Part shown: positions 13,188-26,600 of the stretch, piece by piece
Numbering within the stretch: position 1 is the first letter of the stretch
Layout: each line of letters opens with the position of its first letter
DNA from: Glycera tridactyla
Lineage: Eukaryota
DNA: 64,000 nt
Direction: 5' to 3'
Assembly (NCBI GenBank): GCA_965644265.1
Contig: OZ286474.1
Coordinates: 5,580,001 to 5,644,000 of the forward strand
Notes under the pieces: generated by a model
Told to the model about the DNA's origin: nothing
Database searches by the model: none
Seen by the model: only the letters and a program-made list of their open reading frames with translations
Program-made: the position numbers and the translations under genes

Positions 13188-16100
13188 CTGCAACAGAAGA
13201 AAACAGAACAGACGATAAGAACATTTGCATAATAATATAGATAGGAGTGGAGTACTGCAACCATGGGAGCGCCACAACAGGCAATGCCATGAGATCTCTC
13301 TCGGCCATAGCTACATGGGATTGATAGCCACCAACTCAACTCTCAACTCATGCATTCTTTTTTCCGGTTCAAGATTTCAGCATCTTCAAATCAGGATATG
13401 GACAGAGAACAACCCACTTCTGATCACCCAGGCCTCTACGTTGCCACTTGTGGCTAGCCAATGGCTACCAAGTTCACTCACTAGCTACCATATCACAAAC
13501 GTTAGCAGCCAATAGCCCCGAGAATTTGAAGAGGTTGTTATTGACAACGTATTGACTGGCTACCAACATTCGCCAATTGCTATCAAAAATATCAGCTTGA
13601 GGGCCAGCTGCCTTCTAAATATTTTGGCCAACGTAGAGCTCTGTCCCCAAACACATCAACACCTAAAATACAATCATAAGGCACATCTACAAACTCAATG
13701 TCATCAAAATTAAAATGCCACCGGATGTATTGCTACAGTGGCTAGTTTGGTAGTAGAATTTAATCAATAGTTAGTAAAAGAAGAATCCGTCTATTCCAGG
13801 ATTCACCTCATTCCAGGGATGTCATCCTCGGATGGACACAAATGATACTGGTGCCAATATCAACGAGTGAATGTGTACATATTTGTAATGGGGTGATAAG
13901 ATGAATCATGGTTTTGAATATTAGCATCAGTCATGAAATGCAGGAATTTAGACGTATAAAGCGTAGTCGGTGCTGCTGAATCTGGATGCTTGAAATCTCA
14001 ACCAATATCAATATTGACGGTCATCAATTTACTGATGAATCATCTATGAATCATAGGTAAATATATCTTATTCAATATGACCATCTGATGTTACACTGGA
14101 CAGTCCAGCCATCTATAATCATATACAGTGCAACCTCTCTATAAAGACTGCCTTCAGTCGCATCAAAAAGTGGCCTCCATAAGGAGGTGGTCTTTATAAA
14201 GAGGTGGTCATTAGAGGAAGTTCAACTGTACACACAAACTATGAACATACTCGATACAGTGTCCCGTATTATAAAACAGTCGCAGCTTCAATATACATTA
14301 TGTGAAGAATGCAGTACACATCACACATCAAACATACTTATAAGTGCATTGGAAGAAATAAAGCAAGGGGGGGGGGGGGGATGCATTTAAATCTTGATTA
14401 AATGAACTATGCATATGTATATATGAATACTAGAAGTCAGCATATCAAGCAGTGGAGTAATCCGGTATAGACATCAGAGATATACTGACTCACTTAGGCT
14501 TAGCTCTAGCTCTAGGTCAGTGCTCGGTCATCCAGTTATCTTGTGTCTGGTTCAGAGATATACTGACTCACTTAGGCTTAGCTCTAGGTCAGTGCTCGGT
14601 CATCCAGTCATCTTGTGTCTGGTTCAGAGATATACTGACTCACTTAGGCTTAGCTCTAGCTCTAGGTCAGTGCTCGGTCATCCAGTCATCTCGTGTCTGG
14701 TTCAGAGATATACTGACTCACTTAGGCTTAGCTCTAGCTCTAGGTCAGTGCTTGGTCATCCAGTCATCTCGTGTCTGGTTTAGAGATATACTGACTCACT
14801 TAGGCTTAGCTCTAGCTCTAGGTCAGTGCTCGGTCATCCAGTTATCTTGTGTCTGGTTCAGAGATATACTGACTCACTTAGGCTTAGCTCTAGCTCTAGG
14901 TCAGTGCTCGGTCATCCAGTTATCTTGTGTCTGGTTCAGAGATATACTGACTCACTTAGGCTCAGCTCTAGCTCTAGGTCAGTGCTCGGTCATCCAGTCA
15001 TCTTGTGTCTGGTTCAGAGATATACTGACTCACTTAGGCTTAGCTCTAGCTCTAGGTCAGTGCTCGGTCATCCAGTTATCTCGTGTCTGGTTCAGAGATA
15101 TACTGACTCACTTAAGCTTAGCTCTAGCTCTAGGTCAGTGCTCGGTCATCCAGTTATCTTGTGTCTGGTTTAGAGATATACTGACTCACTTAGGCTTAGC
15201 TCTAGCTCTAGGTCAGTGCTCGGTCATCCAGTCATCTCGTGTCTGGTTTAGAGATATACTGACTCACTTAGGCTTAGCTCTAGCTCTAGGTCAGTGCTCG
15301 GTCATCCAGTTATCTTGTGTCTGGTTCAGAGATATACTGACTCACTTAGGCTTAGCTCTAGCTCTAGGTCAGTGCTCGGTCATCCAGTTATCTTGTGTCT
15401 GGTTTAGAGATATACTGACTCACTTAGGCTCAGCTCTAGCTCTAGGTCAGTGTCCGGTCATCCAGTTATCTCGTGTCTGGCTCAGAGATATACTGACTCA
15501 CTTAGGCTTAGCTCTAGCTCTCGGTCAGTGCTCGGTCATCCAGTTATCTTGTGTCTGGTTCAGAGATATACTGACTCACTTAGGCTCAGCTCTAGCTCTA
15601 GGTCAGTGCTCGGTCATCCAGTTATCTTGTGTCTGGTTCAGAGATATACTGACTCACTTAGGCTCAGCTCTAGCTCTAGGTCAGTGCTCGGTCATCCAGT
15701 TATCTCGTGTCTGGTTCAGAGATATACTGACTCACTTAGGCTTAGCTCTAGCTCTAGGTCAGTGCTCGGTCATCCAGTCATCTCGTGTCTGGTTTAGAGA
15801 TATACTGACTCACTTAGGCTCAGCTCTAGCTCTAGGTCAGTGCTCGGTCATCCAGTCATCTTGTGTCTGGTTCAGAGATATACTGACTCACTTAGGTTTA
15901 GCTCTAGCTCTAGGTCAGTGCTCGGTCATCCAGTTATCTTGTGTCTGGTTCAGAGATATACTGACTCACTTAGGCTCAGCTCTAGCTCTAGGTCAGTGCT
16001 CGGTCATCCAGTCATCTCATGTCTGGTTTAGAGATATACTGACTCACTTAGGCTCAGCTCTAGCTCTAGGTCAGTGCTCGGTCATCCAGTCATCTCGTGT

Positions 16101-17607
16101 CTGGTTTAGAGATATACTGACTCACTTAGGCTTAGCTCTAGCTCTAGGTCAGTGCTCGGTCATCCAGTTATCTCATGTCTGGTTTAGAGATATACTGACT
16201 CACTTAGGCTCAGCTCTAGCTCTAGGTCGGTGCTCGGTCATCCAGTTATCTTGTGTCTGGTTCAGAGATATACTGACTCACTTAGGCTTAGCTCTAGCTC
16301 TAGGTCAGTGCTCGGTCATCCAGTTATCTCGTGTCTGGTTTAGAGATATACAGACTCACTTAGGCTTAGCTCTAGCTCTAGGTCAGTGCTCGGTCATCCA
16401 GTTATCTCATGTCTGGTTTAGAGATATACTGACTCACTTAGGCTTAGCTCTAGCTCTAGGTCAGTGCTCGGTCATCCAGTTATCTTGTGTCTGGTTCAGA
16501 GATATACTGACTCACTTAGGCTCAGCTCTAGCTCTAGGTCAGTGCTCGGTCATCCAGTTATCTTGTGTCTGGTTCAGAGATATACTGACTCACTTAGGCT
16601 CAGCTCTAGCTCTAGGTCAGTGCTCGGTCATCCAGTTATCTTGTGTCTGGTTCAGCTCACATTCAGAGACCACCTACATGTTCAGATTTACACACAAGAA
16701 TTATGTGCATGAGCTTTGAATTCTACAATCAGTATGACTGCCTACAGCCAAGTACCCATTCACACCTGGGTGGAGTGGAGTGGTGGAGTATGAAGGTTCC
16801 ACTAACTTAATTCTACAGATAGGTGCCTCTTAAGCGAGAAGCACAGATCATATAGATATGTGTCATGGTGCAGGTCCGGTCTTTAATGGTCAACCTTGTC
16901 AATTCTGGTCACCCATTTGAGCAGCAGCCCAGCTAACTGTTGTGAACAATACTGTTCACTTGAGAACCAGAGTTACTACCCATAAGCTGCTGCTTATCTA
17001 ACCCCTGTATTTATATCCAAGTAGACTGACTGTGGGAGAGACCTGGTCCAACGTCATAGTATAGCCAGAATTGCCCGACAGCCAGGGTGGGCGTGAACCT
17101 GTACAGTGGAACCTGCTACAGTGAAATCCTGTCTACAGTGAAGAGAAAAATCTGGCCCGTGACTTTTCACTATAGACAGGTTTCACTGTATTCTATATTC
17201 TATATTACAGAAGGCTTCTGACTGAGAGACAGTAAGTCATCAACCAGCCCTCGACTGTCTACCATCTATCTATACAAGCCAATTGGAAGCCAACCACCAC
17301 TATAATTCATTTCCCCTGAGCAGTCACCTGTCCGAAACGGTCACTTTCTGCCCTGCACTATGATGGCTGCATAGAACAGGTTTGACGGTATCTGAAGGCA
17401 CGCTGTCTATACACAGAATCTAATTGATTGATTCAGTACACACATTGTGCTGTACGGTCTCAGTGCTGTGATATTTCATGAAGGACGAGAGGTATCACAG
17501 ACCGTAGCCGGCGTCGGCATCGGCGGCGTGCATCATCCCAGTGAGAGGTGCGAGGAGACAGTGCAACTATAAAGGCATCATCATCACCATTATTATTATT
17601 ATTTTTA

Positions 17608-17638
<31 letters not shown>

Positions 17639-20600
17639 CATTATTAATATCATTATTATCATCATTATTGTATACAACGACTAAACAATCCCAGGCTACC
17701 GGTGCTTACTCTCCAAACAGTAACCACTGTAATGCCCAACAACTGAGAACTAAAAACCTCACGGCTACTTGTACCAAAAACATCATTTATTCTCGCCCAC
17801 AACAACGTGAATTGCTATTCGGCTATTGTGAAAGTTGGGGTGGATGACTGGTTTACCGAGTATCCAACGGCAAATTGAGGACGTTAGTCCAGAAATCAAG
17901 CAAGGTGGCAACTCGGCCAAATCGTGGATGCCGATTCAGCTTCTTAAGAGAACATTTTAGCATATGCTTGCATGCCTATTGGATGGAAATATTGCTGAAG
18001 TAGATGATTCATGCGATACAAGTGCATTCCAACCTGCATCTTAATCCCAGATTCATGTTAGGAAAGGTCTTGTATTTGCTATCATGGCCTGTCATTTCAA
18101 TATAGCCAGCCTTGGATAATAAGAAATGAAACCAAAGCTGGCACCATATCTAAGCCCATCCTATCCCAACATCGGTCAACGATACACAAGTGTCAAGACA
18201 GAGAAGCACATAGACTCCCAAACCCCAATTAACACACGCATGTAACACAAAATAAATGCACACAAACACCCGGGAGCGACGTGAAAATATAGAAAGTATA
18301 GGGAAATCAATGGGTGCAGGACTGGTTGAAGAGGAAAGGTCCCAACATCTGCCTGTCTCGCTACATCGAGAGGGTTCTAGTGTTAATGCCGTCAATCACC
18401 TATCAATCTATCAGCATACCCAAACCTGCATCTAGAGACCCCTCATGAGAGACCACCTCTGATGGGAGACCACTATCTCAGGGCAGCTTTTCTATTTCAC
18501 CTCGTCAAATACACCTCAGATAGGAGACCACATCTTTTGAGAGACCATCATAAGTGACATTGGAGGTGGTTTCTTGCAGGCTCCACTGAATTCAATACAT
18601 AACATGGGATAGACACTACTATACAAGTATATAGGGAAGAAAGGCTTGAGCTTAACTAAGCCTTGTCAAACTTTTATAAATTCCAAGGAGATATCAGATC
18701 ATTAACTAGTACAATCCCATCTTGGCATGACCTTCAAGCTGAAAGAGGTCAGAGGACAGACTGACGCTCAAGTGCCCACTCCCATTAAATCAAACTTAGA
18801 ATGTAGCCTCATTTGTCAAATGACATGATGGAATATATCTTTTGAACAGGAACATTGAGGTCCTACCTGAACAACTTTGATTCTACACAATGCAAAGTGG
18901 TTTAGTATGCTTGAGGTTTAACAGCATGTGTCGACCCAAGGATTGTATATGCCAAGTGTCCCTGGTCAATGAAAGATGGATACCCTCTCCCTTGCAGGTG
19001 TAACTTTCACAACCCTGAACACAAGACGATGGGAACCAATTAGAGATGTTATCAGGTGAAAGTGGCTGACAGTTCAGACACACCTCTACCTACATGTATT
19101 TAGCAATACATCATGATAATAGCTATAAAGTAGTGGTGAGTGGACATGATTGTAGCCCGTGCTATACTGGGAGAAGCTGTGGTCGGCCATAGAGAATGGA
19201 TCACTGTGTCCACACCAATCCACCTGCACACCACACACAACTCGCCAGTGCATGCTTATCAACCAGTATCAGTAACCTTCTCACAATCTTATATACGATT
19301 ATCCAAGCAGAGTCAAGTTAAGAGGATTTATGAACGTGCACTATAGTATGTTGATCATCATTCACCAAGTGAGGCATGATGGGAGATGGACAAGATGGCC
19401 GCCATGGCGAGACAATATGGCGGAGTCGGCTGATCAGCAACAACCTACTTGCCCATCTTATAGAAATCTTTGCTCACAGAAGCACCACCCTCCTGGACAT
19501 CCACCATTCACACCTCAGATATGGTACTCATCAGCAGGAACAAGTGCAAGCTGATCTGGGTATCGTTCAAACATCTCAAAAACCCTTGCATATGAATGAG
19601 TATAAAGTCTTTCCAGTCCAGCTGGCTGCCTAAGTCTCCAGCATCATCTAGCCGCACCGATACATAGTGTAACACAATACCGAGCACATTTATATAGTCA
19701 TCGAGATACCCCAGACAGACTACTTGTGTCTGACTCATAAGCGGCCGACAAAGCCCGACTCTAGAAGGGTATGCCAGACAAGAGATACAGCCGGGAGTGC
19801 CGCACAATTTCTGACAATGACTTCCTTCCCTGATATCACTGTTCAGCTGACCTATGACGACACACTGTATACATACCGTATTACAATTTTTCATGAGAAT
19901 ACCCATCAAACATTCTGCCCTCTTTTGCAAGACTGCACTGTGATTGATTTCTATGTGCGGGGAGGGGTGAGTCTTGAGTGTTTGTGTGACTAAAACATAG
20001 TTGGAATTCTGATAATTGAATGTGAATATTCATTGAAATCAGAAGACACTTGCTCCAGAAGATGCAATGTGTATGCTGCAATCTTGAAACAATTAGATTC
20101 ATCGGTTACTGAGCTATCGAGAGATAAACCGAGAGACTATCGATGGAGGGAAACTGAATGCAATGGAATTCCCTCAAACATATATTCACAATGAGATACA
20201 AGCAATAAAAGAACATGAGCAATTACCAACAATCCAATCACTAAATATGGTATCAATCCACGGTCAGCAAGACTATGGATGGTCGACTTGTATCAACTGG
20301 CGTGACATGACAGTGAGATGTTTGACTTGTATCCACTGGCGCTACATGACAGTGAGATGTTTGACTTGTATCCACCGGCACGACATGACAGTGAGATGTT
20401 TGACTTGTATCCACTGGCGCTACATGACAGTGAGATGTTTGACTTGTATCCACCGGCACGACATGACAGTGAGATGTTTGACTTGTATCCACTGGCGCTA
20501 CATGACAGTGAGATGTTTGACTTGTATCCACTGGCGTGACATGACAGTGAGATGTTTGACTTGTATCCACTGGCGTGACATGACAGTGAGATGTTTGACT

Positions 20601-23600
20601 TGTATCCACTGGTGCGACATGACAGTGAGATGTTTGACTTGTATCCACTGGCGTGACATGACAGTGAGATGTTTGACTTGTATCCACTGGCGGGACATCA
20701 GTATTCTAGTTTTTCGCTTCCACCACTTGAAGAATCATTAAAGTAGGAAGAACTGTTCTGGCTTCATTTCTGATGTCGATGCAGACATCTTTGCAAGCAT
20801 AGTATCCTGGGAACGAAGAAATACCTTCTGGTGCCAGAGCGTGGAATGTGTGAGCTGACGATGGCAAGTGCTGCTGGAGCAATGAGATGGTTGTGGTTTG
20901 TTTGAGGTTTGACAGCATGTATCAACCCGGGGGATGTGTGTGTGCTAACAATGGCAAGTGCTGCTGGAGCAGTGAGATGGTTGTGGTTTGACAGCATGTA
21001 TCAACCCGGGGGATGTGTGTGTGCTAACAATGGCAAGTGCTGCTGGAGCAGTGAGATGGTTGTGGTTTGACAGCATGTATCAACCCGGGGGATGTGTGTG
21101 TGCTAACAATGGCAAGTGCTGCTGGAGCAGTGAGATGGTTGTGGTTTGACAGCATGTATCAACCCGGGGGATGTGTGTGTGCTAACAATGGCAAGTGCTG
21201 CTGGAGCAGTGAGATGGTTGTGGTTTGACAGCATGTATCAACCCGGGAGATGTGTGTGTGCTAACAATGGCAAGTGCTGCTGGAGCAGTGAGATGGTTGT
21301 GGTTTGACAGCATGTATCAACCCGGGGGATGTGTGTGTGCCAACAATGGCAAGTGCTGCTGGAGCAGTGAGATGGTTGTGGTTTGACAGCGTGTATCAAC
21401 CCGGGGGATGTGTGTGTGCTAACAATGGCAAGTGCTGCTGGAGCAGTGAGATGGTTGTGGTTTGACAGCATGTATCAACCCGGGGGATGTGTGTGTGCTA
21501 ACAATGGCAAGTGCTGCTGGAGCAGTGAGATGGTTGTGGTTTGACAGCATGTATCAACCCGGGGGATGTGTGTGTGCCAACAATGGCAAGTGCTGCTGGA
21601 GCAGTGAGATGGTTGTGGTTTGACAGCATGTATCAACCCAGGGGATGTGTGTGTGCTAACAATGGCAAGTGCTGCTGGAGCAATGAGATGGTTGTGGTTT
21701 GACAGCATGTATCATCCCAGGGGATGATGTACATATGCCACGTGTTCCCCGTCTATGATAGCTCTGATGCTCTGTCCGCTCTCATAAACTCTGAAAACAT
21801 GATAGTGACAATCTAGAAAGGATGTCAATGGGCAAGTAGCTGATAGTTCAGACACACCTCTACCTGCCTAACACATTCATGTCAAAACTAAAAATGGCAT
21901 GTCAATCTATGTAACTGGCTGGAAGCTGACGGTCTGTTAGCAATACTTCCATTTTAAGCGAAGCACAGTACTTGAAACAAGGGACAACATTAGACTCAGA
22001 GAACACCTAACCAATGTTTTCAGTTATAAATTGTCAACTTCCAACCAGCTTTACAATGATGGGTGCCCAACACTTGCAGTACAATGCCATCACAATTTCT
22101 AGGAAGTAGGAAAGTATTTTTCAATGCATCCAATGTGCTATCTAATGAAGGTAATCTGAGTAAACAAGATATAATTTTCTAGCATCTGGCTCACAATATA
22201 CACTCTAATTTAGAGAGAGTCTTTCCTACCAAACATGTCACTGTTGAAAAAAATTCTGGCATACATCACAGTTTTAAGAGTCAAAACACAAAACACTCTC
22301 GGTAAGATTGAGATATCATACAACCATCTCACACTTCATAATATCTTCGATCATTTCAGCACAAGTTCACATAAACGATGCAATGATATGTTCGACGAGT
22401 TGTTTTGACATAAATGCAAGAAATCTCTCAAGATGTAACTGGCCACTGATACATGTAGTATTGTCATCAAGTGTCACAAAACTTGTACTCGCTTCTATCT
22501 ACCGTCGGACCAAGTAGGACAGGTGGATATCTGATACATAATTCGCCAGCATTAACCTGTATACAAGTATTTGCCCCAAAAAAAAGTATCTGACAATTGT
22601 TCCAATGGCAGTGTAGACAAATGTCGGTCAGCTGGTAATGTCTGGTAACCTATACAAAATGTTGTATCTCAGCACGTGAATGTCCCACTCAGACACGTCA
22701 GTAGACATTGTTGCACAGCCCCAATGATTGCATGCCATTTGCCCTAGCAGATGGCCCCCATATTACTGGATCATATAAGCACGAGAACTGAAACATCAAC
22801 CACATTTGATATGTTCGGGGTTTAAATGGCACAAACTTTGTTATGTCAGGAGAAAAACCTGATATGTCCAAGTTTGTGAGTGGCTGAAACTTAGTAAGTT
22901 CATGTTTGGAAGCTAATGTGTTAAAGTTTGTAAATGATTGGATGCTAATATTGACTGGAGTTGAGTGGAATGCTGGAGTGGTGAGCCAGTGGACTGTGGA
23001 AGACACAATACTCCAAGGTAAGATTAACAGTTGGATGAGTGGATATCCACCAAAAGCAGCTAGAAGTTCCCCGACAACTCATCACGTCAGGGTTCCCGCC
23101 GACAGGAAAGACCAGATGCTGATCAAGTTATTGCAGATGGCCGCCCCAATAAGGCAAGGATGTTATTGTCTAGAACATTTAAACAATGACCATAACCAGC
23201 TTTAACTTGTCATAACTAAGTTGTGGATGAGCCCAAACAAGGGGAGGAATTAAACCTACAGAAGCAGATAAATACTGAAGTGAAAGTCAAAAAAATCAAA
23301 AGAACCCAACGTGAGAAGCAAAAGGTGTATTTGATTATAAACACAAAACTAACCAATCAAAGAAGCCAATTCAAACAGCAAGGCAAATAACCAACCATCC
23401 AATCAGCACACTGATAACAGTGGCAGCAGGTGTCATGTCTAGAGGTCAAAGGTCAAGGACATGCGACCACAGGTCAAAAGGTTAATGTATGTTTATACAG
23501 TAGCCAATCACAAGCAGTATAGCCACCACCACAAGCCACCCAAATATGGAAAGATGGTGATTACCTTGCGGAGATGGTGGCAGTTGGTTGTGGCGTCACG

Positions 23601-26600
23601 TCATTACGACATGGCTGAGACCCTCCTGACGTCTATCAATCTCAGGCCAGCAAACGTCCAGGCCAATGCCATTAAAATTATCAACATTACTTTAAAACTG
23701 AGCTCATCTTAAATAGAATTTATCTCCTTGAATACAAGTAGAGCGAACTAAGTGAGCGTACATACTGGGCAGTAACTTGGTAGGCGAGTACAGATCATGA
23801 TGGTCTCACGTAACTCACAAATGAGAGGAGCAGTAACTTAGTGACGGTCTCACGTGTTTCACAATGATAGAAGAGCATCCAGCCTTAGCTTGGTCTTCAC
23901 AATACTACCATACATGAACAAAGCGATGTTGTGTAGAGCAAATAACTAACGTGCTTGTTGAAGATATAGTTGACGAGAATGAGAAATATCTCACCAGGCT
24001 TACCTACACATACATACACACCCTTCCTCAGTTGACAAATTTCGAATCCAACTAACCACAATAATAGTTCAATCTTAAAACATAGTCAAATTTTGAATTG
24101 GTGAAGAAAATGAACCAGTTGAAATTGATGAATCAGTTGAGTACGTATGCACATGTTGCATAAGATCAGCTAAGGTTAGGCACTGACTGCCTCCTCTTCA
24201 CTAAGCTCTCATGATTTCCATCAATAATTCTAAGTGACCATGTAGAATCGGATTTTTATGTTTGTTTGAGGTTTAACGGCATGTATCAACCCTTGGGTTA
24301 CGTATGCCGTGTGTTCCTGGTTAATGCAAGCTAGATGTTCTCTCCCCTGCAGACATCACTCTCACAAACCCTGAACACAAGATGATAGGGAACCTGATGT
24401 AAAATCTGAGCAGATATCAGACTCATTCAACATGTCAGAATGCAAAGAAACATGGAGTTGCCCCATACACTGGGTCAACATATATACCAGGATATATAGT
24501 ACATACATATATCTTGCTTTTATTACATCGCTGTGACTGAGAGCTGTTCAATTTCAACATCAGTGAGCAAGGATTAGAAGAAATTCTAGGAGCCTTGTCA
24601 GTGACTTGTGAATAACAAGCCACTCACTACCTCAAATTCTGAATGTAGCAAACCAAACATTCCAAGCATTTCCATTAGACTTTATATTCTCAATTCCACT
24701 GTGTCTGTTTGAAGGGATGCTAATTGGATTCAACTGGAGCAATTGGTGGCAAGAGCCGGCCATTCCATGGTAAATAATTCCTGGCCACTTTGATTCACCT
24801 GAATTCACAGGTCACTTTTGCCTTGTTTTTGCCTTGGATAGAGGGACACAACTTGGGCCGGACAAGGCTGCAGCATGCCACGTACTACACACTGAATGAC
24901 TGCTGTATAACTCAGGTATCACTGAATGACTGCTGTATAACTCAGGTATCACTGAATGACTGCTGTATAACTCAGGTATCACTGAATGACTGCTGTATGA
25001 CTCAAGTATCACTGAATGACTGCTGTATAACTCAGGTATCACTGAATGACTGCTGTATAACTCAGGTATCACTGAATGACTGCTGTATAACTCAGGTATC
25101 AATAGGTTTAACTGACAAATAACAGTCTGGTCTCCAGCCATTAATCACCTGTATAAGACCAGGCATGCTATGCTCCACTCACTAAAACACTATCAGATTT
25201 TTCCCGAACATTCAGTAATCATTCAGTAATCAACCGATAGAGATGATCACACTGTAGACCATGTTTCATGGACTGGTGTCTGACCACAACCTCTTTTTTA
25301 AAAGATATTGCATGCTACAGATGATGTCCTCATGTCATTTGTGCCACAAATCTCTCACATACCAGTAAAGCATGAGAGACACGGCCAACTGATTTGAAAT
25401 ACAACCTTTATTACCCAGAGAACTGTGTTGTCATAACAGAAAACAAGAGCATGAATATAACTGCTCAACCGAGAAGTGTCGCAAGTTCAGGAGGACAGGG
25501 TGGGGAACAAGTAACCATGGTGAAACAAGATTATAACCATGGAAACAAGAACAACTGTACAAAGAGCATGAGTTGGCAGCCCATGTTCCAGTCCGAGGAG
25601 AACATCCCAAAATACTACTTCATCAATTTCAGTGTCTTATAGCAGAGGCTTCTATTCTCCATCACTCATTCTCAAATGAGACGTGTCTATCTCAAGTATC
25701 AAACTTATACCCATCATATGAGACATCCACAACTAACTCAAAGTCAACTTCAGGGGGAGAAGAGATCAGAAAAATTAACCTGCCCACCTGGAAAATCAAC
25801 CTGCCCTGCTTATATATGCAAGTCATTCATGATGGATTTCTACCTGCCCAACGGAGAAATCTAGGTGGGCAGCTATCTCTTATCTTATCGCCCTGAAACT
25901 GTCTAAAAGGGAATCGTCAATTATGCTGAAAGATCAAGAATACCTTCATCAAAAAGGCAGCAAAGCAAGATTACTGACAAATGTTTAGCCAAGAGTTGCA
26001 GTTGGAGATGACAATGAATAGTGTAAGTGAGAGTAGTTGTCCTTGAATGACCTTGAGTGAAGCATGGGCTAACAGCTCTACAATAATATCAAGTTCAACA
26101 CAAATGTATTCAATCCCGAATAAAATCTTTGCATCTGTCGCTGAAGTCACGAATGAAAGATCAATGACCACACTGGTCACCAGTACAGCATCAACGATAC
26201 ATTTCAACCAGAATACACCGAGCATATTCCAAACATAGATCCATGTAGAAAATTCAGTGATGAGCTAAAACTCCTCCTAAGTGGGTGGCCAACTCACACT
26301 TTGTTGATAAATACCGATAAACAAGAAGATATATGATGAAGAGTCCAGCTCTCCAAACACCCCTGTTATCACTCACTATCTGTGGCTGCAACCAGCTCAA
26401 CTCAATTCAATTCTAAAATACAAGATTATTTATGACATGTGGGTGAGTATATATATATTTTCAAAAGAACTGATCATTATGTCCCTTTGTGGATAAAGTG
26501 TGTCAATGTCAGGGATTGTGCAATAAAACAAAAATGAAACCAGTGATTGCGAATGAGCTGGTGGTCGGGTGTAAGCTTCATCATACGAAAATACACCACC

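Noticed and set aside
14475-16655. Recursive splice sites (AG|GT) in the 78-bp array
   Set aside because: The motif is AA|GTGAGT with no upstream pyrimidine tract or YAG, so it does not fit a recursive site.
14752-16719. 655-aa ORF of 26-aa repeats
   Set aside because: Translation of the 78-bp minisatellite. It is antisense within the RBMS intron and has no unique N- or C-terminal domain.
20163-20741. 192-aa Cys/His-rich ORF resembling a metal-binding repeat (CLTCIH)
   Set aside because: Translation of the 39-bp minisatellite; no splice or homology support.
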